Counted from the first letter of the stretch, positions 10,051 through 21,893 are shown. The stretch: 64,000 nucleotides of DNA from an uncultured Planctomycetaceae bacterium (GCA_963833985.1 CAWIAD010000002.1:6336001-6400000); one strand, 5' to 3'. Notes: generated from the letters alone by a model not told the origin. A program made the numbers and translations.

Positions 10051-12020
10051 ATGTCCACTCCGGTCACACTTACCGTGATCCCGTCGTCGCCGGTCCTGCA
10101 CGCGCGGCATCCGCTCGAGCCACTGAGCGCCAGGGAGGTCCAGGCCGCGGTCGACCTGCTCCGGAAAAACGGCAAGGTCACGGCGACCACACGGTTCGTC
10201 TCGGTGGCTCTGCTCGAGCCGGAGAAGTCGCAGGTCCACAGCTCGCCTGGCGGGGAGCCGCCCCCGCGCCGAGCGTTCGCGGTGCTCTTGGACAACGCGG
10301 CCAATGCCTGTTACGAGGCCACGCTCTCGCTCAGCGACGAAACCCTGGTTGCCTGGAAGCACGTCCCCGGCGTGCAGCCGACGATGACCATCGACGAGCA
10401 GGTCGAGTGCGAGCAGACCGTGCTCCGCAGTCCCGTGTTCCAGGAAGCGCTCAGGCGACACACCGGCGTGCAGGACACCCGCCTGGTGATGGTCGATATC
10501 TGGAGCGCAGGGAACTATGGCTCCGAGGAAGACCGCACGCGCCGGCTGGCCCGGCCGCTCTGCTTTCTGCGCAGCGATGCGACGGATAACGGCTACGTGC
10601 GGCCCATCGAGGGCCTGCGTCCGGTGGTCGATCTGAACACGATGGAAGTGGTGCGGGTCGAGGAGTACGGGCACTGGCCGTTGCCTCCGGGCGCGGCCAA
10701 TTACTTTGCCGACCGCGTTCCCAACCAGCGGCAGGACATCCAGGCGCTGGAGATCACCCAGCCGGAGGGGCCGAGTTTCGAGGTGCAGGGGTACCAGGTC
10801 CGCTGGCAGAAGTGGAGCTTCGTCATCGGGTTCAACGCGCGTGAGGGCCTGACGCTGCACCACCTGCGATACGACGACGGCGGCCGCGCGCGGTCAGTGC
10901 TCTACCGGGCCTCGCTCACGGAGATGGTCGTCCCCTACGGCGACCCCGGCCCGACCCAGCGCCGCAAGAATGCCTTCGACGTGGGCGAGTACGGCATGGG
11001 CATGTGCGCCAACAGCCTGGAGCTCGGCTGCGACTGCCTGGGACTCATCCGCTACTTCGATGCACACCTGTGCGACAGCCGGGGCGAGCCGCTCACCATC
11101 AAGAACGCCGTCTGCATGCACGAGGAAGACTACGGCATCCTCTGGAAGCACACCGACCGCCGGCTGCCCGACAGCCCCCAGGTGCGGCGGTCACGCCGGC
11201 TCGTCGTATCATCCATCTCCACCGTCGAGAACTACGAGTACGGCTTCTTCTGGTACTTCTACCAGGACGGCACCATCCAGTTCGAGGTGAAGCTCACGGG
11301 CATCCTCTCGCTGGGCGCGTACCCGCCGGGCGAAACGCCCGCGTACGGCGTGCTCGTCGCGCCCCAGCTCTACGCCCCCAATCATCAGCATTTCTTCAAC
11401 ATGCGGCTCGACTTCGACCTCGACGGTACGGCCAACAGCGTGGCCCGCGTCGACGTCGTGGCCGACCCGCCCGGGCGCACAACCCGTTCGAGAACGCCTT
11501 CCGGGCGGTGGCGACGCCCTTGAAGACGGAGCTGGCCGCGCGCGGTCAGCTCTGCCTGGAGACGATGCGCACCTGGAAGATCGTCAACCCCGGCGTGCTC
11601 AACCACGTGGGCGAGCCGATCGGCTACAAGCTCTTGCCCGGCGACAACTCGTTCCCGCTGGCCTCGCCGGCCGCCTGGTGGCGGAAGCGCGCGGGGTTCG
11701 TGAACCACCATGTCTGGGTGACGCCCTATTCCGCGGAGGAGAAGTACGGCGCAGGAGATTACCCCAACCAGAGTTCCGGCGGCGACGGCCTGCCGCGCTG
11801 GACCGAAGAGGACCGGCCGATCGACAACACCGACGTGGTCCTCTGGTACACCTTCGGCCACACCCACATCCCTCGGCCCGAGGATTACCCTGTCATGCCC
11901 ACGGCGTACATCGGTTTTACCCTCAAGCCGAACGGATTCTTCGAGGCGAATCCCGCGAACGACGTGCCGCCATCGCCGCGGAAGCCGGGGAGCTGTTGCC
12001 ACGAAGGAAAACCGAGCTGA
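10051..12020 (+). CDS. tynA: Copper-containing primary amine oxidase (frameshift near 11475)
   Basis: HPLEPLS N-terminus, FDVGEYGMG, TPQ motif ENYEY, Cu ligands HQH, C-terminal HIPRPEDYPVMP..LKPNGFF..NP. Confidence 0.92.
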
Positions 12021-12354
12021 CAGGTCCCGTGGGTGAAAGCCTGCCTCCGCGAGGGCCGCTTTCGAGCCAGGCGCCGCCGCGTCACTGGCGTGAGAGCAGC
12101 CGAGGGCCATGGCAGCGACCAGCGAAGGCCTGATCGGCCGCGCAAACCGCCGGCCGCGCCGGGCGCAGACCGGGCAGTCTGTTCGCGCGCGCTCCTTCCG
12201 GTCTTACGATGACGGTAACTCGATCGAACGGCCAGCGTGACCCGCCCTGCGATCCAGCGTACGCGAACCATCGAGAGGAACTTCCGTCGTGGTGCAAATC
12301 CAGAGCGCTTCCAGGTTTCCAGAACGGTTCGTGTGGGTTTTCGGCAAAACGGCA

Positions 12355-14782
12355 ATGGCGGGTCCATGGTGGCGTGGGGTGGCTATGATGGCTGCGCTCT
12401 GCGCGGGCGGGCTGGCGGCGACCGCTGCGGCCCAGGAGCCGGCGACGGGATCCACGGCGGCCCAGTCGAGTGCTTCCGGCACGTTGCCGGTGTCGCGCTT
12501 CGTGCCGCGCGACAACCTGGCCTTCTACGTCGGCTTCGACGGAATCGAGGACCATGCCGCGGCCTGGGAGAAAACGGCGGCCTGCCGGATGCTCAACCAG
12601 ACGCCGCTGGGAGTGATGCTCGAGGAGGTTGTCGCGCAGCTTCTGGAGAAGCCCCTGGAGAAGCTACCCAACCGCAAGGTCTCGGCGCGGAGCTCGTGAC
12701 GCTGGCGAAACACATGGCGAGGAAGGGCTGGGTCCTGGCGATCAACACCACACCCAAGGGCCCCGGCCCTCTCGTGGGAACGTTGGTGCTGCGGGGGGCA
12801 TCGTCCGCGAAGGATAAGGAGATCAAGTCCATCAGCAGCCGTTTGATCGGCATGCTGATGGGTTCGGACACGAAGCCGAGGATCGACCGCAAAGCGGGCC
12901 GGGTGATGGTGGTCGTGCCGCGCGGTCCGGCAGCGGATGCGGGCTGGGTCTGGTGGCCCGAGAAGGATGACCTGATCATTGGCTTCGCGCACCCGACGAA
13001 CGCGGAGGCCATCACCGCGGCCATCGACGGCAAGGCGCCTTCCGCGGCGGATCACCCCGTGCTCAAGGAACTCTCCAGTCCCGAGGGGAGCTTCGTGCCG
13101 CTCATGACCGCGATGGTCGATCCCGGGGCCATTCCGGCCGCGTCCGGGACCAAGCTTGCCGAGACCCTCGAGAAGATCAAGACGAAGCTGGGCGTGACTC
13201 GCCTGGATTACCGCTGGGGGTTCGACGACGACGCGCTCATGGGCGTGGCACGCCTGGTGGCACCCGCTCCGCGCAAGCCGCTCCTGGCGATCTTCAGCCA
13301 GCCCCCCCTGGATACCAGCAAGCTCATTCCCATTCCCGAAGGCGTGGATTCGTTCGTGATGGTGTCGGCCGCACCGGCCAAGGTCGCCGAGGCGGTGAAC
13401 CAGATCGGGCTTCCCGCGAGCTGGAAGGAGCAGATCGACGAGCTGACGGACAAGGTCAAGGCGCAGAGCCGCGTCGACTTCGAGAAGGACCTGCTGGCCA
13501 ACCTGGGGCCGCGCATGGCCCTGTATCTGCGCCTGGACGGTCCGCGGCAGCGACCGATGAGTCGCCCCGGCCGCCCGCGAGTGCCGGGGGCCTCGATCCG
13601 CTGGCCATGCTGTCGTCGCTCCAGGGGGCGCTGCCGAAGCCCACGCTGATCGCCGAGCTGCGCGACGCCGAGACCTTCGGCAAGGCGCTGGACGCGATCA
13701 TGATCACGGTGAACAAGGAGCTCAAGGCCATGGCCATGGAAAAGGCAGCAGAGGAGGAAGCCGCGGGGGGAGATGGGGCAGGCGGCCGAGGGGCCGGACC
13801 GGGCGGGATGTCGCCGCGCGGGCCGGGCCGGGGAATGGCGGGGGCGGGCGGCAGGCCGGCGCGGAAGCGTAGCCTCAAGGACACCCCCGCGCCCGAGTTC
13901 CGCCTGATGCCGGGCACGGTCAAGGTTTACATGCTCCACGTACCCACGGATTCGCCCCTCAAGCTCACGCCGCCGGGCGTCCGCCCCACGATTCGCATGG
14001 AGCACAATCACATCGCCATCGCCACGACCTCCGAGGCGGCGCGGACGGCGCTGGATACGATGAAGAAGAAGGAATGGAAGCCGTCGGCGGACGTCGAGAA
14101 GGTGCTGGCCCACGTTCCCTCCGGACCCGTACTGCTGGCCGTCTCCGATCCCCGCGACACCGTCCCGGGGATCCTTGCCAGCCTGCCGGGAACCCTTCAG
14201 GCATCGATCAATTCAGCGATCGCGCTGTCGGCGGCCACCTCCGGCGGCAACCCTCCCGGCCAGCCGGGGGCGGCCCCGGCCGGGGGTGCTCCGGCTGGAG
14301 CCGGCGCGGGCATGTTCAGCAAACCCGGCATGGCGGGCCGCTCCGGCTACCCGGGCGCGGCACCACCCGCGAGCCCTGCTCCCGGGGGTTCCCAGGCGGC
14401 AGGGCAGGACGCGATGATCCAGCTCAAGGTGGATCCGGCCAGGCTCCCCAAGGCCGAGGAGCTCAAGGCGCTCATGTTCCCCAGCACCCTGGCGATCGTG
14501 GTGGACGACGCGTCGATCCGCGTCGTCTCTCGCGAGTCGTTCCCGAACGTCTTCACCAGCATGGGCATGGGGGCAGCGAGCGGCGCCGCTGTGGGCCAGG
14601 CGATGCAGGCCGCCCGGGCTGCCGCAGGCATGGCTCCGCCGCCGATCGCACCGCCAGCCACCGCCGCGCCGGCCAGTCCTCCGGCCGCGAACCAGACCCC
14701 GGCCGCAGGCGGAGGCGGGCGCCTGGGCAGCCCACGCGGGGGCCGCGGAGGCCGTGGCGGAGGACCGGGACGATCCGGTTGA
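12355..14782 (+). CDS. Large secreted planctomycete hypothetical protein (frameshifts near 12690 and 13540)
   Basis: Signal peptide ..ALCAGGLAATAAAQEP. Coherent GC3-rich coding runs through ORFs 12289, 12237 and 13607. Gly/Pro-rich linkers and an RGG-rich tail. Start is approximate. Confidence 0.7.
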
Positions 14783-14850
14783 CCCCGCGACCTGTGTGAG
14801 TCCGTCTTGACCGTCCACGCAACTCCCTCTCCCGTGACGGAGACCACTCG

Positions 14851-15297
14851 ATGGAAATCGTCAGCGAAGTGACCGCTCAACTGGAAAACAAACCCGGACG
14901 GCTGGCGAAGATCTGTTCGGCCCTGGCGCAGGACAAGGTCGACATCCGCGCCATCACGGTGATGGAATCGGACGGACCCAGCGTCCTGCGATTCGTCACC
15001 TCCGACCTGGACGCCACCAAGAAGGTGCTCACCTCGCTGGGAACCGAGTACACCATCGCGGACGTGCTGGCCGTTGGCCTCGAGAACCGCACCGGTGCTC
15101 TGGCCAGGGTCCTCGAGCGGCTTGCGGAAGAGCATATCAACATAAATTATGCTTATGCTTCCGCGGCAGCGAGCCCCGGCAAGGCGCTGGGCATCTTCCA
15201 CACCACCAACACCAAGCGAGCGTTGCAGATCCTGGGTGAGGCGGCGGCCAGCGGTGGCGAGAAATCGACCGGCCGGCGGCCCTTGCACTCGCGCTAG
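14851..15297 (+). CDS. ACT-domain protein (two ACT repeats)
   Basis: LENKPGRLAKI and LENRTGALARVLERLAEEHININYAY. Confidence 0.88.
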   Translation: MEIVSEVTAQLENKPGRLAKICSALAQDKVDIRAITVMESDGPSVLRFVTSDLDATKKVLTSLGTEYTIADVLAVGLENRTGALARVLERLAEEHININYAYASAAASPGKALGIFHTTNTKRALQILGEAAASGGEKSTGRRPLHSR

Positions 15298-15363
15298 GGC
15301 GGACGGGCGGATCCTCACCTGGGATCGCCATGGATCCGCGTCGCTTCGATCTAGGGCCGGAAC

Positions 15364-16536
15364 GTGGCCAAGAACAAGAAAGTCCGGGTTGCGCTCAACA
15401 AGAACCGCCAGAAGCGGACGCGCGCCAACGACCTGACGCGGAGCTACGAGAGCCAGCAGAAATCCTCGGAGGAGACGGCCGCGACCGAGCGTGTCCGGCC
15501 CCGCGGGGAACTGTCGCGGCACAGGACCATCGTCGCGGCCGGTGAACCGGCCCCGGGCAGCGCCGAATCCGGCGACTCCCCGGCCGGCTCCGCGGCCGCC
15601 CAGCGGGCCGTGGACCAGGCGACGTGCCTGCCCGGCCGGGTCCTGCGCATCCACGGCCTGGTCTGTATCGTCCAGACCGACGACGGCCAGATGATTCCCT
15701 GCCACGTGCGCCGACTGCTCAAGAGCCTGGCCATCGAGGGCCGCAACGTGGTCACCGTTGGCGACCGGGTCTGGATCCGCCCCGCGCCCACGGGCGGCCA
15801 GGAGGGGCTGATCGAGCGCGTGGAAGCGCGGCGCGGGGTGATCCTCCGCGGCTACCGGCACCGCCAGCACGTGATCGCGGCGAACGTGGACGCCGTGATC
15901 ATCGTCTCGGCTCTCGCGGAACCGGGGCTGAAGCTCAGCCTCATCGACCGCTACCTGGTTGCCGCCGAGACCGGGGGAGTGCGCCCGGTCATCGTCTTCA
16001 ACAAGGCCGACCTGGTGGATCCATCGCTCTACCAGTGGGTCATCGGGCTCTACGCGCAGCTGGGCTACCAGACCATCGTCACCTCGGCTGCGTCCGGCCG
16101 GGGCGTTGATGAACTTCGCGGCGTGCTCTCCAGCGGTGTGACCGCGCTTTCGGGCCAGAGCGGCGTGGGCAAGAGCTCGCTGCTCAACGTGGTCCAGCCC
16201 GGGCTCAATCTCAAGGTGCGCGAGGTCTCGGACTGGACGCAGAAGGGGAAGCACACGACCTCGGCCGCCGAGCTGATCCGCCTGGACGCGGGCGGACACG
16301 TGGTCGATACGCCCGGCCTGCGTCAGTTCGAGCTCTGGGGTATCGTCCCGGGCGAGCTGGAAGGGTATTTCCTGGAGTTCCGGCCATACATCTCCCGGTG
16401 CCGTTTCCCGGATTGCTCGCATACCCATGAGACCTTCTGTGCCGTGAAGGAAGCCGTGCACTGGGGTCAGATTCACGTCGGCAGGTATGAAAGTTATCTC
16501 AAGCTTTACCAGCAGAAACCGCTCGAGGATGACTGA
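15364..16536 (+). CDS. rsgA: Ribosome small subunit-dependent GTPase A
   Basis: Circularly permuted GTPase motifs NKADL, GQSGVGKSSL, GKHTT and DTPG. Zn finger CRFPDCSHTHETFC. Confidence 0.95.
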   Translation: MAKNKKVRVALNKNRQKRTRANDLTRSYESQQKSSEETAATERVRPRGELSRHRTIVAAGEPAPGSAESGDSPAGSAAAQRAVDQATCLPGRVLRIHGLVCIVQTDDGQMIPCHVRRLLKSLAIEGRNVVTVGDRVWIRPAPTGGQEGLIERVEARRGVILRGYRHRQHVIAANVDAVIIVSALAEPGLKLSLIDRYLVAAETGGVRPVIVFNKADLVDPSLYQWVIGLYAQLGYQTIVTSAASGRGVDELRGVLSSGVTALSGQSGVGKSSLLNVVQPGLNLKVREVSDWTQKGKHTTSAAELIRLDAGGHVVDTPGLRQFELWGIVPGELEGYFLEFRPYISRCRFPDCSHTHETFCAVKEAVHWGQIHVGRYESYLKLYQQKPLEDD

Positions 16537-17037
16537 CAGGCTCCCTCCGGAAATCGCCACTGCCGCCGGCCGGCCGAGACACCGCGTCCCCCGGCATCGC
16601 TGCTTTCCCGCCACGGGGAGAGCCGGGGGGTTTCCAGCCCCGAATGAATTCGGTATGATCGATAGGAGTCGTGCTAATGCCCCTTCACAGGGGCTCGACC
16701 CAGGGCCTGTTTCGGTTCGTCGTGCGCAATCGCCCTGAGCGGTGAGCGTCCCAGGGTCAGGGTCAAGCCCGGATGTCGGGCGGCAGCGTGAACCCGTCCG
16801 GCTGTGGCGGGGTCTGCTGGCTGGAGAGTCGTCGATGCCCGTAGCTCGCGCAGGGGATTGAAATCTCAGGCGCGTTCCGTACTGGTACCGGACCACAAGC
16901 GTGCCGGCCCACTGCGGAAGACGCCGCCGTGGATGAGACGAGATCCCGGGCGGGATCAAGGCCAAGGAACGCTCAGGAACAACGAATACCTTCGTGTACG
17001 CTGGGTCGTCGCCGGTATTTGGTGGAGGCAGATTCTC

Positions 17038-18162
17038 ATGCGCTTTGGCAAGGGAGACACGGAAGTTCCGCGCGCAGAGGAACCCTTTTGCGATGCGGCT
17101 CGAGGCCGCGGCAGCCCGGTCCGGCTGCCGCTCTTGAGCCGCGAGTTTCTGCTTTTGATGCTGGTGCTCGGCGTGGCGGCATGCTTCGTCGGCGTGGTCC
17201 AGGAGAACGGGCCCGAACTGCGGCAAGGCTCCAGGACGATCCCGGGACACACTTCCGTGCTGGAGAAGGTGATTTTCGAGCCGGATGGCCGGGTCCTGAT
17301 TTCGTGCGGCTGGGACCGCAAGGTGAAGAGCTGGATCGTGGCCGAGGAGGACCCTTGGATGGGTCAGGAAATTGATTGCCTGCCCGTGGACTGGCACATC
17401 TTCGGGCTCTCGATCAGCGGCGACGGGAAGTACCTGGCGGCCAGCGGTGTTGGCGGGTTCGGCATCTGGGGCCGGGCGAGCCAGAATGCGGCCTGGGAGT
17501 TGCTGCACCAGCACGGCGGCGCCTCCTACCGCTGCCTGGCCGCGTCTCCTGCCGCCCATCTGCTGGCGACTGGCGGCAGCGATGGTGTCGTTCGCCTCTG
17601 GAACATGGAGACCGCGAAGGAATTGCGCGTCGTGGATCGCTTCGGCGACGATCTCCGGATGATCGAGTTCTCTCCGTCCGGCGTGTACCTGGCCGCGGTC
17701 GCCTTCAGCGGCGAGTTCCGCACCTGGGACCTGAAATCTGCCGACTCCTCGCGGTTCCTGGTAGGTCACCTCTCCTCGGTTCGCTCGTTCGTCTTCGCCC
17801 CCGATGAGCGGACGCTGGCGATTGCCCAGCAGGGACCGCAGGTCCGGTCGCTCGGGCTCTGGGAACTGCCGGTATTCGAGCCCGGGCTGAAGTTCTGGGA
17901 CAACCATGCCGGAAACAATGCGCTGGCCTTTTCCAGCGATGGCCGCCTGATGGCCAGCGCGGATCAAGATGCCACCATCCGCATCTGGGACACGCGCACG
18001 GGGAAACTCGAGGATTCCTTTCGTGATGGGGTCGGCTGGGTGAAGACGCTTGCCTTTTCGCCCGACGGCCGCCACCTTGCTTATGGCGGCCGCAACGGTA
18101 CCATCCAGATTCATGACTATAGTGTCCTGGGATCCCCGGAACGGCAGACCCATGGGTCGTGA
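17038..18162 (+). CDS. WD40-repeat protein with N-terminal TM segment
   Basis: RBS GGAGG before ATG 17038. GHTSVLEKV..SCGWD, LATGGSDGVVRLWN and ASADQDATIRIWD. Confidence 0.88.
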   Translation: MRFGKGDTEVPRAEEPFCDAARGRGSPVRLPLLSREFLLLMLVLGVAACFVGVVQENGPELRQGSRTIPGHTSVLEKVIFEPDGRVLISCGWDRKVKSWIVAEEDPWMGQEIDCLPVDWHIFGLSISGDGKYLAASGVGGFGIWGRASQNAAWELLHQHGGASYRCLAASPAAHLLATGGSDGVVRLWNMETAKELRVVDRFGDDLRMIEFSPSGVYLAAVAFSGEFRTWDLKSADSSRFLVGHLSSVRSFVFAPDERTLAIAQQGPQVRSLGLWELPVFEPGLKFWDNHAGNNALAFSSDGRLMASADQDATIRIWDTRTGKLEDSFRDGVGWVKTLAFSPDGRHLAYGGRNGTIQIHDYSVLGSPERQTHGS

Positions 18163-18202
18163 TGATGCGGATCTGGTACCGGCTGCACCGTAGGCGCCGC
18201 GC

Positions 18203-18856
18203 ATGAAGCTTCTGGCTATCAGCGACCTGCACGGCGATTTCGCGGTTGCCCGCAGCGCGGCCGGCACTGTGCGGCCGGACCTCCTGCTCTGCTGTGGCGA
18301 CTGGGGAGATCCCGGGGAGGCCCGCGCGGCCGATCTTGCTCCCTTTCTCGACCTTTGCCCGGTGGTCACCACCTTCGGCAACCACGACCCGCTGGACCTG
18401 CTGGCCCGCTTGCGGAACGACGATGGCACGCCGGTGCTTCTGGGACAAGGCGAGGTACGGGAGTTCCGCGGGCTCAGGCTGGCGGCGATTGGCGGCATCT
18501 GGGCCAGATCGCACCGGCTGGCGTGGTATGTGACGGATGACGACGTCGCCGGCTGGGCAGAGGAGATCGCGGCGCAGCAGCCCATCGACATCCTGCTCAC
18601 GCACGGTTGCCCGGCGGGCCTGGCCGACCTGACGCCCTCCGGCCGCCACGGCGGCCAGCGCTGTTTCCTGGAAGCAACCAAACGGATCGCCCCGCGCATC
18701 CACCTCTGCGGGCACCTTCACCTGGCCCAGGAGCGCGTGTTCAAGGATGGCCGCAAGGTCATCAATGTGGGGCCGACTCCCGAGGGGAGCATCGTCGTCC
18801 TCGAGTTCGACCCGGAAACGCGATCGCTCACGACCTCCATGTCCCTGCTATCCTGA
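18203..18856 (+). CDS. Calcineurin-like metallophosphoesterase
   Basis: SDLHG, CGD, GNHD, LLTH and CGHLH motifs. Confidence 0.9.
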   Translation: MKLLAISDLHGDFAVARSAAGTVRPDLLLCCGDWGDPGEARAADLAPFLDLCPVVTTFGNHDPLDLLARLRNDDGTPVLLGQGEVREFRGLRLAAIGGIWARSHRLAWYVTDDDVAGWAEEIAAQQPIDILLTHGCPAGLADLTPSGRHGGQRCFLEATKRIAPRIHLCGHLHLAQERVFKDGRKVINVGPTPEGSIVVLEFDPETRSLTTSMSLLS

Positions 18857-18863
18857 ATCCGAA

Positions 18864-20398
18864 TCAGCCGTGACCGTAGCCGCGATCGAACGCCTCGAGA
18901 TCGCGCATGTACGATGAGAACGTGGTGCGGAATGTATCCGGGTCAACGCTCCACCGGGGCTGGTCCTCGGTATGGCGGTGGCAGTGCTCCTCGATCAGTC
19001 GATGCAGAAACTTGAACAGGTGCCTGGGCGTGCGCAGGTTCCCCAGCGCGTCTTTCAAGGAGTCGTCGCTGATGGCATCGTCCACGAAGCTGCGCAGCCG
19101 CGGTCCGTCGCGGTCAAGGCCCGCAGGGGCGGACTCCGCGCTGGCGGACTCCGCTCTGGCGTGGTCCGACGGGTCGCCGTTGGCAGAGGGGCTCACCTGG
19201 CAGCGCGCAGCCGGTCACTGGCAAGGTCATAGAGTGATGGACCCGTCCAGCGCAATGGCTTGATCATGTTCAGCTTGTCGGGCCGGGCGCGGTCGTAGAA
19301 CTCCTTGTCTTCCTTCTCCAGGTAATACGCGAGCTCGATCGGCAGCAGCAGCTTCACACCGATTCCCGGATGGCGCAGGAACTTGTGATCGAGAAGCGGC
19401 CAGATCAGGGCGCGCATCTTGCGCGGGTCGCCCTCGATCTGCTGCGGCTCGTCCACCCGGTCGATGAGCACGATGATGCCGCCGTAGCCGAGCGTGTTCA
19501 GGAGACCCTGGAACTTGCGGAGTAGCTCGTACCGCTCCTCGGCCCGGCGCGCCGGGGTGGGTAAAGGCTGACCACCCAGCTCGCTGGGTTTGAACCACAG
19601 GAGCTCCCAGCGCAGGGCCGACGAGTCGCGGCTCAGGACCTTGAGTCCCCTGCGGATGTCGCGCGCGTACCACTCGGCCCGCAGGAGCCGCCAGCCCCAG
19701 TAGATCCAGCCGGCGAGGATCGGCAGCATCAGCCACGGGAGCACGCTCCAGCTCCGCAGCGCCGGGAACATCGCGATCAGCGCCAGCACCACCAGCGTGG
19801 TGCCGAAGCCGATCTGGAGGTCGCGACGGCTCCAGAGCGGCCGGAAGCCCGAGCGTCGCCGCAGCCGGCTCCAGCGGCGCTCGATCGGCTCGCCGGTCGA
19901 GGCGTCGTAAAGAGCCGCCAGAAGCAGCAGGTCGCGCCGCTGGTCCAGGCTGAGCACCGTCAGGTCCACTCGCTCGGTATTCAGCAGGTCGATGAGCTGC
20001 GTGACCCCGAGCGAGAGGATCGCGTCCATGTGGTCCTGCAATTGCCAGCGGCGGAGCACCTCGGTGGGGTCGCCGGCGCGGATGGCCGCCCGGTAGTGGT
20101 CCAGATACGGATTGAAATCGTCATACGAGATGACGAAGACGCGGTCGGTCGGATTGGCCTGGTTGAACTCATCGATCTCGGCCATGGCCTGTAGCCGCAG
20201 CGCGGTCTTGCCGCTCCCCTTCTCTCCGAACACCAGCGCGGTGGAAGGATCCGCGGGACTGCCGAAAAACTTGTTCCAGGCCGGATGGTGGATCGTCGAG
20301 AGACAGCGCCGCTTGAAGACCGTATCCGTCTGGGCATCCTCCTCGCTGAAGGGGTTACCCTTGATGCCATGATGCTGCAAGAACTGTTCCGTCTTCAT
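18864..20398 (-). CDS. P-loop NTPase with two inserted TM helices (single gene, frameshift near 19200)
   Basis: Walker A GEKGSGKT and Walker B IIVLIDRVDE with two hydrophobic helices between them. Adding one base joins RLRA-CQVSPSANG to ORF 18864-19196. Confidence 0.72.
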
Positions 20399-20716
20399 CC
20401 CTGGGGCAGCCTTTCCGTTGGATCTCGAAGTCCCTCGCACGACAGATCTTGTGTGCGATACTCATGTATTTCGTCTTAACCGATTCAGCGTCGGGCCGCA
20501 ATCTCAGGACCATTTCCACGATCGCGCCGAAAGCCTGCGGTCGATCACTGATCAGGGTCAGAAACGAGTTGCGTCGTGAGCTTGACCGCTCGTTTTGGAT
20601 ACCCTAACGTTGTGCGTATCAATCCGGAGCATCCTTCGAGCCGTTCAACCACCGCCTGGCCTGGTGGTTACCCGCTGGCACGGGCCTTTCCGCGACCACG
20701 ATCCAGGAGACCTCCC

Positions 20717-21337
20717 GTGAAAGGACGCATCGCGCTGATCCTCTGGCTCACGCTCACCGGGGTCGCCAGCGCCGCCGACGAGTCGGATGCCCCGCGCATC
20801 AAGGAGCCGCGACTCCGGGCGGAATTGCTGCGGCGCATGAAGGCCGACCAGAAGGTGAGGGCGGCATTCGAGGGATCGTTCGATACGGCGAAGAATGCCG
20901 GCGCCAGCAAGCTTCAGGAAGAGATGCGGCGTATCGATACCGAGAACACCCGGCGCATGGCGGAGATCGTCGCGCGCTACGGCTGGCCGACGTTCACGCT
21001 CGTCGGCAAGGATGGCGCGCGGGCTGCCTGGCTGCTGGTCCAGCACGCGGACCTCTCCCCAGGATTTCAGCGGAAGTGCCTCGACCTCATGGTGAAGGTC
21101 GCACCCGATGAGATTTTTCGAGCGGATGTCGCCTACCTGACCGATCGCGTGCTCCTGGCCGAGGGCAAGAAGCAGGTTTACGGCACGCAGTTCACGCTCA
21201 TCAATGGCAAGTGCCAGGCTCGGCCCCTGGAAGACGAGTCGCACGTCGACGAGCGGCGGAAAGAGGTCGGGTTGCCACCACTGGCCGAGTATTTCAGGGA
21301 TGCTGAAAAGTTCTACACGGGCGGTAACAGGAAGTGA
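20717..21337 (+). CDS. Secreted DUF6624-like protein
   Basis: AGGAG RBS with GTG start. Signal peptide. AWLLVQHAD, AYLTDRV, KQVYGTQF and VDERRKEVGLPPL. Confidence 0.8.
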   Translation: MKGRIALILWLTLTGVASAADESDAPRIKEPRLRAELLRRMKADQKVRAAFEGSFDTAKNAGASKLQEEMRRIDTENTRRMAEIVARYGWPTFTLVGKDGARAAWLLVQHADLSPGFQRKCLDLMVKVAPDEIFRADVAYLTDRVLLAEGKKQVYGTQFTLINGKCQARPLEDESHVDERRKEVGLPPLAEYFRDAEKFYTGGNRK

Positions 21338-21801
21338 GATCACTGCTCCCTCTGGCCGCTGCTTATCCCCTGCTACCTGGCCTGGGCCGCCGTGGATGCT
21401 CTGCTCGTGCTGTGCTCGGACTTCGCAGGTCGGCTCAGCATCGCTTCTTGGCTTCAATCTTGGTCTGGACCGTCAATCGTACTGGTCTCATTAGCGGCCC
21501 ACTGGGCCGTCGAGGAGACCTGCCATCGCTGGTCTGGCTTCAGATCGCACGCCAGATACCACAACTTGCAGGAAGCACTTTGCCGCTCGAGCGCAAGGGG
21601 AGGCGCGGGGTGATTTGATCCTTGAATTCCCGTACGGCTGTCAGTTCGGGACCGTCCCCGAGGCTAAGGATGCTGTGGAGCGGGCCAAGATGCTCGAAGC
21701 TGGGGACCGACAGGCCCAGTTGCGACTCTACTGGGAATCACTGTAGTAACCTGAAACAGAGATGCGCAGTTATTTTATATCCCCGTGTGTATTATAGATT
21801 T

Positions 21802-21879
21802 GTAGGGTGGGTCAGCGCAGCGCAACCCACCGATTCAAACGGCTCGGATGGTGGGTTGCGCTGCGCTGACCCACCCTAC
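21802..21879. repeat. REPIN-like inverted REP pair
   Basis: Perfect 30-bp inverted repeat GTAGGGTGGGTCAGCGCAGCGCAACCCACC (21802-21831 and 21850-21879). Confidence 0.93.
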
Positions 21880-21893
21880 CAGACTTGGCAGAT

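Noticed and set aside
14347..18699. 1450-aa minus-strand ORF and other long antisense or alternate-frame ORFs (e.g. 6639-9203, 52987-54855, 55444-57699)
   Set aside because: These are shadow ORFs of genuine genes in high-GC DNA, with no protein motifs. The exception is the last ~75 codons of 6639-9203, which are the kinase C-terminus.
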